64,000 nucleotides of DNA from Octopus vulgaris (lineage: Eukaryota), in assembly GCA_951406725.2 (NCBI GenBank), contig OX597835.1:19530001-19594000 (forward strand). Reading direction: 5' to 3'. Each line of letters opens with the position of its first letter. Within the stretch, counting starts at the first letter, position 1. Of this stretch, positions 53,539 to 64,000 are shown piece after piece. The notes under the pieces are model-generated. The model worked only from the letters and a program-made list of their open reading frames with translations. It was not told where the DNA came from and did not search any database. Position numbers and translations under genes: made by a program.

Positions 53539-53890
53539 CTTTAAAGAAATATATAGATAATTTGGCTACAACGCAATGTGACAAACTGTTTACTCACGTA
53601 GTTCCAATACATAAATCAGTAAAAGCGTCAAGAATTGATACATACAGTTATTTTGCAAAAACATGGGAGATTTTGTACATGCAGAGGCTTTCGAAGGCAT
53701 TTTTGCCTCATAAGACCCTATATTTTTGACTCAGCTTTCCTTTTCGGCGTCTTTCCGACATACTATTTTATAATCCAGCACGTGCATATTATTCATAAGT
53801 TTACGAGTTCTCCGCCATGTTCTAAGATAAAATACCATGCAATACAAAGATACTACGTGTGATGAATTGAAATAACCATATTTTCCACAA

Positions 53891-54115
53891 GCGGCGAGCT
53901 GGCAGAAACGTTAGCGCGCCGGGCGAAATGCGTAGCCGTATTTCGTCTGCCGTTACATTCTGAGTTCAAATTCCGCCGAGGTCGACTTTGCCTTTCATCC
54001 TTTCGGGGTCGATAAATTAAGTACCAGTTACGCACTGGGGTCGATGTAATCGACTTAATCCGTTTGTTTGTCCTTGTTTGTCCCCTCTGTGTTTAGCCCC
54101 TTGTGGGTAGTAAAA
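53891..54115 (+). mobile_element. SINE family A, young copy
   Basis: Direct repeat atattttccacaagcg at 53878 and 54128. Confidence 0.9.
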
Positions 54116-55037
54116 AAAAATATATATATATTTTCCACAAGCGAAATCCCTCACCCTTGAAATGAACAATAAGGACCCAGTGGAGAATACATTCTGAAAG
54201 ACTTAACAAATTGAGGAGTAAAGAAACAGTATAACATTACACTCGTAACAGTTTTTAGTGATAACTTTACTCGATCAGAGAGGAAAAGAAAAGCTAAACT
54301 AAATACGAAATGCAGAATACTTTTGCTGAACATGCATAACCCATCTACAAATCAATAGCCGAAACCCGTTTTTCACTCTTATACAACTCTGGTTTAACAC
54401 TTGAATCTTGACCAACAGTCTTCCATCGCTTATGTTAAACATATGTAGCGTGCTTGAACAAAATGCCCTGTAACAATGTGAACAGACTCACTATGACGCT
54501 CTAACACGAAACGTCGTACCTATGTAATTACTCTAAACTAGATTTTGTCATAGCTGTTTAACCTATTATAATTAATTTACTGTTTCGAAGAATTTGGTTT
54601 ATTAAATTCTGTATATTGGGCAAATGTTTCAGCTTTAAAAAGGCAAGCTATTTACTGCCGCAATTGTCGTTATCGCAGTTATCTTCGAGTTGATATTGGT
54701 GATGATGATGATGACGAAAGTAGTAGCAACGTTCATGTTGTTGTTGTAGTTAATTTTATTGTTATTTTTTCTCATGGCAATTTTATATATATATATATAT
54801 ATATGTATATGTTCTTTCCCAATTTCTCCGTAAAATGAAATTTTCTCTTTGAAGAAGGAAAAGAAGAGGGGGAAAGAATACCGAGATACACAAGAATAGA
54901 ATAAGAACACGTAAGTAAATAAATCGTTACATGTAAAGAAATTTATTACCAAATTAATTTTAATTTCCCTCACCAATATATGCTGGTAAATATGCGCACA
55001 TATTTCGCTTTAGGTCTATGTTGATTGAGCATTCTTA

Positions 55038-55118
<81 letters not shown>

Positions 55119-56209
55119 AAAAATACTATATCTATATATATATATATATATTCGTATATGTTTATATCAATTTGCGCTTACGCGTATGCAGTTCAATATA
55201 ATTACGCTTCCATATACACGCAAGATTATAATTCCTGAGCGGCACTCTTACAAAGCACGCATACACACATGCAAATATTCATGCTTAAGTTCACCATATC
55301 GGCACGCATTCTTACCTACAACAATGCATACGTATTATGCAAGTAAGTAAATTTCTCACATGCATGCATTTGGCGTATATCAAAGGCTTTGAATTAAATA
55401 TGCATAAAGAAAGAATGAGAGAGAAAGAGGGAGAGGGAGAGAGAGAGAGGGAGAGAGGGAGGAAAACAAAGGAACACTATTAAAAACCACTACGACACAG
55501 CACGAATCAAAAATTCAGGCAACAAGATTTAAGAACATAAAAGTGTGTAACATTTGTCCTTGTTAATTCAACTATATATTTGATTAAATTTAACACGTCT
55601 TTTATCTTATTTTAAACGAAACGCATTTAGTTTTATAAATGGGAGTAATGTAAATTAAAAAGTATGCATGAATTCGTACGAACATGCTTGCACGCATACA
55701 TACACACATACATACATACATACATACATACATACAGACACAAACACATAATGCATGTATACACCATGCATGTATGTGGTGTAAGGAGGGAATTATGGGA
55801 GAAACAGAAACTGTGAGATGTGTTCAAGTTTGCCAAATGGATGATAATGGTGGGCTTTCTTAGACTCTTTTCAAGAGTTCGAATACGCTTCTGGCGTTGT
55901 TTCTAGTTCCTTCTCATAAAATCTTTCTTTTAATTTTGCCAACCAAACTATTTAAACTGAATGTCTAGAAAGTGACGTCGTTAAGTAATGTCCGTTACTG
56001 AGTATTCTAGTTAAACTCCATCTTCTTAACATGTAATGCGATTTTTATTTCTAGTTGCGTAAATGCCCTTTATCACACAATTTGTGGCCCTTAGAGAATA
56101 TACGGCAAGTGGGAATTTATGTCACCTTGGACAAAACGATGTGCAAACACACATACAATTACACAGACTCGCGTGCACTCACATTCGCACACACACATAC
56201 ACACACACA

Positions 56210-56406
56210 GGAAGCTTTATGAAAATAAACAAAAGACGAAGGCAGGTGGAATACAAACAAACAATTGTATTAGTATGGCGCTCAGTAATATAAATAAAAC
56301 AAGTCTTTAACGTTTCGAGCCTACGCTCTTCAACAGAAAGATACACAGAAAAGAAACGAAGAGAAAGAAAATGCGTGCAGAAGCTAGCGATCCAACATGG
56401 CGATAT
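56210..56406 (-). mobile_element. Hammerhead mini-element, family X (ribozyme motif 56305-56340)
   Basis: Reverse complement cttt-CTGTTGAa-gagc-gtag-gctc-GAAA-cgtt-aaag; flanked by (CA)n. Confidence 0.75.
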
Positions 56407-57912
56407 CACACACATACATATATGTTTACACTCTTTCGAAAACTAAGTTATGACTGGAATTAATTCAAGACAAGAGAATTACTGTCCCTCATCCTCATAT
56501 AATGGAGCAATCGCTACATAGATATACAGCCTTTTGTAATATGAAATTAAGCGTCGTCTGATTCATAGGCAAATATTTTATTTTTCTGACGAGAAAATGA
56601 AAAATACAGTTCTTATATACATAAGCGTAGCGAGAGCTGGCTTATTCCATATTCACCTAGAATATATTTTCCCTGAAATATTCGCTTCGTGGTTGCATAT
56701 AACAAATTTTAGAAATATTTCCAGTTACTAATATAGTATAGATGATTAGGAAAGTAAATTAAATTATAGAAAGTAAATAATATACAATGAGAGCAGGTTA
56801 GTTCAACTTGATGAAATTCTGGGTTAGTCGATTATGTCGATAGCAGTGCTCAACTGGTATTTTTTCGATTCCGTGCAAAAGGTATGTCACCTTCCTAGTG
56901 ATAGTAATATTGTTTTCAAATTATTGCACAGGACCATTAATTCGGGGGCGGAGGAGATAGTCTATTATGTTAACACCACTGCTCCAATGGCGTAGAATGT
57001 GATTTCCTTAATTCTTCCAGGTGCTTAAGTATTTGTGATGGAATGGTTGGAGAAAGGGAGAGCTATGGCAGCAAATTGCTGGGCCAATTCTTCATTGACA
57101 CGCGCGGTATCAGATCCTATCAACGTGACCGTGAATGGACAAACTTAGACACAACCCACGCCCTAAGTCAATGAAACACAACATAAATAGTTTGAAAGTA
57201 CACAACTGCTTATGATATACCACTGAAGCTAACATTTTCTAGATAAAATGTAATATGTAAGCGTGATTGTCTTACAAAGCTTAAAAATTTAATGTTAAAA
57301 AGTACAAATACAATCAAAGCAATGTAGATGTTGGATTAGATTAATTATTGAAGTTATTAGATGTTTCTATAAACCTATTTTCAATTCGTACTGCCGAGGA
57401 GATAGCTACTGAGATGCATGGCTACATTTTTGTAAAGATAATTACAGAAACACACATCTGGTATGCATTGTTCCATTACTGTATCGAAATGTAATACATA
57501 GTAATAATAGAATCAGTCTATATTCTTAAGACATTCTCACGTATCATGTGTTAATCGTGAACATAACATGTACGGAATTCTCTTGAATAAAATAAAGCTC
57601 TTCGCGTGTTTGTTATTCTCCAATCACCAAAATAAAATAAAATAAAAGAAAAGAACAGCGGCAGCAATAGCAAAAACAGCAACATTTTATTCCACTTTAC
57701 TCAAGGGCATCGATTGTGAAGACGATATTACATGTACCAATTAGTAAAACCGTTGGGCTTTTGGAAAACCTATTACAAAGAAGAAAAAAAATATGGACAT
57801 AGACAGTAATAGCAATAATACATTTCTAATAGCTTTTTTTTCATAGAATATGTTTTTTAAAACATGTCTATTACATTTTCTCCTCGGGTATTTTAATATA
57901 TACATACATACA

Positions 57913-58043
<131 letters not shown>

Positions 58044-58760
58044 CTCTTTATTTAATCAACATTGTTTTTAGTTTCGCTTTTTTTTTTCCTATTCTCTTTC
58101 ATATTTTTACAATTTTATTTCCATAGATTCTCGACAAATTCCTATGTTTGATTTATTTTCTTAAGATTTCATTCTCGTCACGTAAATAGCTACAAAAAGT
58201 TTATGTATAAGATATAAGGCGGTGTAGGTTCTTGTCTTTGTGTTTAAACATGTTTCGCTGCTGTTTACTAAACGTCATTTTCTAATATATTTTCTGAATT
58301 TTAATATTCATTTACAACTTATTCAATTTTTTCTACAATTATCTTTTGTTTAATGTTTATTTATTTTTTGCTTATTCGTTTTTTGTCAGCCTCTTTTGTC
58401 ATTACATGGTGAAAGAAGCACAGCGTTTTGTAATTTGTATTTATGATGTCCCTTAGCAAATGCTACTGAGATAAAAAGGAGTGGCTACTAAAGTCAAGAA
58501 TCGATCTGCGTCAACATTTTGCCAACGTTGTTAAGTTATAAAATAATATAACTATTGAAGAAATAATTAAAAACAAAAACGCAATGTATAACAACGACTG
58601 TACACCCCACCATTTTTTACTTAGCACTTTTCTTCCTATCTATTTTATGCGAGTTCTGACCTAAGTATTCAATGCTACCAAATTCGAGCAGCCCATTCAA
58701 TTAAGACGAAATTAGAATTCTTGGATAAGAAAATGAATGGCATTTTCGTATCCAAGAATT

Positions 58761-58974
58761 TAGTTGGGTGCTGAAAAGTTACTGGGCTTCAGTAAAAGAA
58801 ATTACAGGAGCATAAGATGCTTATTTTCCCATCATAATAACCTCTCCGATTCACACACTTATTGTAACGGTCCTCAGCTTTGCTAAGTCCTGCAAAAGAA
58901 CTCGGCATGCTGGGTCTCGAACCAGGCCTTTCACGAAAACCTTAAAGCCATAACCATTTCAGCAACCCGTGGTA
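58761..58974 (-). mobile_element. Mariner-derived MITE
   Basis: Imperfect TIRs gggtgctgaaaagtt / ccatttcagcaaccc with TA ends; minus-strand WFETQHAEFF and DRYNKCVNRRG resemble the mariner C-terminus. Confidence 0.6.
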
Positions 58975-59648
58975 GATATCCTGTTATTTGAGTGATAACG
59001 ACAGAGGCCAAACGTGGCTGGAACCTGTCACGATTATCGGGATGCAAAACTTAGCATTTGTCACCTGTAACTCTTCTTTCCTATACGAGTGAGTAGGAGA
59101 GGTGCAGCACATAAAGGCGGCCGCATAAAAGCGATCATCCTGTATTAAATTGTAAATGCAATACTCAGTTCGGTAACGGAAATTAAATCTCGGTATCATT
59201 AGTATCTCTGAACAAATGTATGAACATTTTCAGACAGTAAGACATGTCCGCAGCATGTAAAACCTTATCGTGTGGTTAGTAAGTATATATTCCCCGGGGT
59301 TTTATCAAATCAGCTTACAGAATAGTTGTTGTTACTCTTTAAGGAGACTTTTAACGTAAAAACCATGTTTGATATGCATTCCATAAGTTGGATCACTTAT
59401 ATGTTTGGCTACATCTCTTAGCAATGAAATTAAACGGCTATTTCTTGAAATATTCAATTCGCGAGCTGCATCATTTAAAATATTGAATTCCTGACGAAGA
59501 TAGGATGTACTGGACACTTATGAACATATTCGGATACTATACTCGTTTGAAACTTTGACACTAAGCCGTTAACTCCGGTGCTGAACTGGTAATATCAGAC
59601 TCTGTGCCTTTAGGAGAAAGGATTATTATTATTATTATTATTATTATT

Positions 59649-59798
59649 CAGTAGTTTTATTTTTATAGCGTGCTTTCACTTCACTACCGAGCGCAGCTCT
59701 GTGTGCCTTGGGTATGTGCTGTGATTTGTTGTGATGCTCTGATGGTTATTGTATGGAAAGTGTTCTGCGTAGGATGTGTGCAGTGCCTAGTAGTGCAA

Positions 59799-59802
<4 letters not shown>
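59649..59802 (-). mobile_element. R4/Dong-clade 3' end inserted in (TAA)n
   Basis: Reverse complement KIALLGTAHILRRTLSIQ* plus a short 3' UTR; TAA repeats on both sides. Confidence 0.8.
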
Positions 59803-59857
<55 letters not shown>

Positions 59858-60010
59858 GTTATTATTATTATTTTTATTAATATGATTATCATTATTATTC
59901 ATTCTTAATGAAACTACAAGCTCTCTCGTATGCCCACGTTTGTAATGCTTTTACTACAGGTGTTCATTTGCAATGATCTAATAGGTAAGATAATATCATT
60001 ATCACCACAA

Positions 60011-60408
60011 GGCGGCGAGCTGGCAGAAACGTTAGCACGCCGAGCGAAATGCTTAGAGGTATTTCGTCTGTCTTCACGTCCTGAGTTCAAATTATTCCGA
60101 GATCGACTTTACCTTTCATCCTTTCGGGGTCGATAAATTAAGTACCAGTTACGCACTGGAGTCGATATAACCGACTTAATCCGTTTTTCTGTCCTTGTTT
60201 GTCCTCTCTGTGTTTAGCCCTATGTGGGTAGTAAAGAAATAGGTATCTTGTCTGTTTTCACGTCCTGAGTTCAAATTCCGCCGAGGTCGACTTTACCTTT
60301 CATCCTTTCGGGGTCTATAAAGTAAGTACCAGTTGTGTACTGGTGGCGATCTGATCGACTGGCCTCTGCCACCCAAATTACGGGCCTTGTGACCACAGTA
60401 GAAAAGAA
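60011..60408 (+). mobile_element. SINE family A, dimeric
   Basis: Head, two cores and cccaaattacgggccttgtg tail. Confidence 0.85.
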
Positions 60409-60541
60409 CATGCAGTTTTTGCATATATAAGGAATTTCATAGTATGATATATTGTATATATCACTTCTTTAATTCCTAACAAGTATACAAACTTTACATT
60501 TGCTGCCTCTCTAACGATTTCTTCTCATTCTATCTATCAAA

Positions 60542-60617
<76 letters not shown>

Positions 60618-60781
60618 ATCTATATCCATCTATCTATCTATATATCTATCTATCTACCTATCTATCTATCTATCTATTTGCGTTACTCACTCTATAATTT
60701 TCCCTTTCTTTCTCCTTATCTCCGCTCTCTATAGTTGTTAATCTCCCACCCGCCTCTCTATCACTTCTTCCTCTCTCTATC

Positions 60782-60820
<39 letters not shown>

Positions 60821-61209
60821 AATATGTACAGAATGTGCTGCACTAAATTTTCAGTTAACTTAAATATAACACTTTACACCTTAATCCACCTTTGAACATT
60901 TTTGAAAATACGTTTAGGTTTCAAAGCATTTTAACAACATATGGGTTTCTAAAGTTGAAGCGCGCGAATACGCACTAACACATACTCGCAAGCACACGAA
61001 CAGCCCATCCCTCACACAAACACCTCAACCCCCACACACATGCGCATGTACAAGCATAAAATTTCCAAAGAAAATTAAAGCAATGAATGTTAAGACTCAC
61101 ATGATAAATGACTCTTGCACACATATGCACACGCGTCGAAAATTGCATATGCAATATAGAAATTAATCTATGAAAATGCATATCTGTGTATGCAATATGC
61201 ATTCCAATG

Positions 61210-61310
61210 ATATTTATATATAAATTAATATATATATATATATTTATATATTTATATCAATATATATGTATATATATATTTATATTTATATCAATATATA
61301 TGTATATATA

Positions 61311-61377
<67 letters not shown>

Positions 61378-61406
61378 TTATATTTATAGTTTTCTATATA
61401 TAAATA

Positions 61407-61476
<70 letters not shown>

Positions 61477-61655
61477 AAGATATATTTATATATATATATA
61501 TTTATATTTTTATATATATAAATATATATGTATATATAAATATATATGCATATATATGTATATTTATATATTTGTTTTTATATATAAATATATATACGTG
61601 TATATATATACATATGTATATATACATATATTTATATTTTCATATATAGATATAT
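61210..61655. repeat. Long degenerate (TA)n tract
   Basis: Directly visible. Confidence 0.95.
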
Positions 61656-62119
61656 TCGTGCGCATGCGTGTATAAGCACGTTAGTGTGTATTCACTGGGG
61701 TTGAGAGCTAAGCTAAATCCTTATACGTCTATATGTGAGCGTGTTTATAGTAAGTTTATTCGTTTGCCGAATAAAATTTGATTTTCAGAGGAAAGATATA
61801 AATGGAATATTTTGATGTTTTCTTTTTGAAATTCTCGAAAGCAATTATGTTGTAAAGCAGGAAAATGTATTTATTACATTTCTATAAAAAGTAGGGGGTG
61901 AGGCAGCAGGAGTAAATTTGTATGATGAAAATATATAAATATAGTATTTATTTGGACTGAAATTTAGACAAATCACTTAATATTGTACCGTTCAAATATA
62001 CGGAGGTAGAATATTAAAATCCTCGTTTCTTTTATTTGAAACAATATTATAAATTTCTAGAGAAATCTATTATATATGACTCTTTATACAATGACAAAAC
62101 GAAAGTGTAGCATTGAAGT

Positions 62120-62170
62120 GTTTGCCCGAGGTGGTAGTGATATCAAGGAAATCTACCGAAAGCTCGGAAC
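62120..62170 (+). ncRNA. Decayed hammerhead-like motif
   Basis: ccgaggt-ggtag..ctacc-GAAA-gc-TC-ggaac; core has two substitutions and stem I is weak. Confidence 0.3.
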
Positions 62171-62436
62171 CAAAGTAATTTGAAAATGCTGAGGCATCTT
62201 TGCATGCTTGCTGTAGACGACTTACGAAGGTGTTATAGCATCGTACAGACTACTGTTCGTCACGGATACATGTAGGTATGCATATTTGCTTGTAAGCTTG
62301 TATGTATATATCTATACATATTTATATACATATATATTTATATATATATATGTAAATATATAAGCATACATGTCCATATATATGTTTATATATATATGTA
62401 TATATATTTATATAACATGTATATATAATATATGTG

Positions 62437-62479
<43 letters not shown>

Positions 62480-62677
62480 ATGCATAATATGTATATAATA
62501 TACATATATAATTATATATAATATAATATGTATATAATATACATATATAGGAATATATAATATTTATATTTAAAAATATATATAATATTTATATATATAA
62601 TATATATGTATATATATACATATACTTATACACATAATATCTATATCTATATCTTTATATATATATATATATATATA

Positions 62678-63983
62678 ATGTTGTATAAAAGATCGTGGGT
62701 AAGGCCAAAACAATGTAAAGTAAATGCAAGGTAAATCACAAGAAAACAAATATGTGAATTAATGTAGACTTGCCTGAATTCAATAATTCGGGATTATAAC
62801 CTCATTCTCAAGAAAATGACGAACGTTGTCGATGTCTTTTGCGTGTGAGCGTGTGTGGGGGACATGTACAGAAGGACTAGCTTCCTGTACCTCCTTTGTA
62901 TTATTGATCTTGGGTTTCTTTTGTTGTATGAGGATAGCCTCAGAGATTCTAAGGTAGTCCCTGATGTGCACTGTGATCTCCCGCGTCTAGCATTTCCGTA
63001 TATGTTTCTTCATGGAAGTGTGTGCCTGCACGTGTTCCTTAAAGCATATATGCAGTTTTTTGGTCGTGCTTCCGATGTAAGCTGTGCCACATTGGCCACA
63101 TGGGATCTCATTTACAAAACATGGCCACTGGCAAAATTTAGGGCCATTGATGGGGCAGTTCGACAATGTACACTTCTCAGAGTAGTGAGGAGTGTTCCCC
63201 TTGGACAGAGCCTTTCTCAGGAAAGGACTGTTGTACATTATCTGTATGTCTAGTCGTTCCCCGAGGACTGCGTCTTGTATCGCTGCAGCAGTTCTGTCAT
63301 CAAAGTGTGGTCGCTTTAGGAAGCACATTCCATTCGGAGTATGCTGGTTCTTCCGGGGTTTATTGACCTTGATGTTCTTCAGGCGCCGTTGTTTAGCTTA
63401 AGATGGTGGGTAGCCATTCAGGTTTAACTCACCGAGGAACTGTTTGGTGTAGACGGCTTTGTCCGTGATGTGGCTACAACCGCTGTTTATACGTGCAATT
63501 TGGTTTCTCACTCATGCGGTTTTGGCTCCGGTGGGTAAGGCTGGTAGTGGACGAAAGTTTTCTGTTAGTTGCCTTTCTATAGAATTTGGTAAATATGGAA
63601 CCTTCCTCTATGATCTTGATGTGCAAGCCGAGTATAGAAGAGGTTCCGGATTCGTCTGTATATTCAATCTCGAATTTGATATTTGTGTCGGTGCTGTTGA
63701 ATATCTGGTATATGTTAATGACCTCATCCCTCAGGGACGTGAGTGTGAATGAATGTGCGTGTGAAGGAGCGGTATTATTGAATAGTGGTGGATAATTTAG
63801 ACCGAGGTGGACTGAAATACGGAGAAGCGAAATTAATGCGGTTCGAGATGAAGACGAGATTCCAGATGGAGCCTGCACGAGGCAAGACCGAACAATACAG
63901 ATGTTGCAGGGTACGACCAGTAGGGGAATATTGCGCAATATGGGGGTTTCATTATCGAGAGATACGTCCCGAGGTGCTCGTCC
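62678..63983 (-). mobile_element. Penelope-like retroelement remnant (RT C-terminal half + GIY-YIG endonuclease), TA-flanked
   Basis: IFNSTDTNIKFEIEY..ILGLHIKI..TKFYRKAT, LNLNGYPPS, CTLSNCPI, VNEIPCGQCGTAYIGSTTKKLHICFKEH and LRISEAILIQQKKPKIN; frameshifted. Confidence 0.9.
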
Positions 63984-64000
63984 ATATATATATATAATAT

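Noticed and set aside
58984-59517. Short minus-strand ORFs in unique sequence
   Set aside because: No recognisable domain or convincing splice structure.

Overview
AT-rich, microsatellite-saturated animal genomic DNA with no intact protein-coding gene; it is intronic or intergenic. The tRNA-headed SINE families and the extreme (TA)n/(TAA)n load are most consistent with an octopus or other coleoid cephalopod genome (inference). Almost all ORFs in the track are microsatellite or SINE artefacts. Recognisable content: more than 30 SINE copies from about 5 families; decayed Tc1/mariner and pogo/Tigger transposases; a small Helitron; 3' fragments of CR1, RTE and R4/Dong LINEs; and a decayed Penelope-like element (RT + GIY-YIG) at the right end. 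The main result of the hunt is about 15 minimal type-I hammerhead-ribozyme motifs (intact, variant or decayed) on both strands, mostly inside short non-coding elements embedded in (TA)n tracts. They include a 457-nt tandem unit with retrozyme-like architecture (43934-44571), a ~200-nt family with a recurrent non-canonical core, and a palindromic tRNA-headed element carrying a hammerhead. All folds were read by eye and boundaries are approximate.
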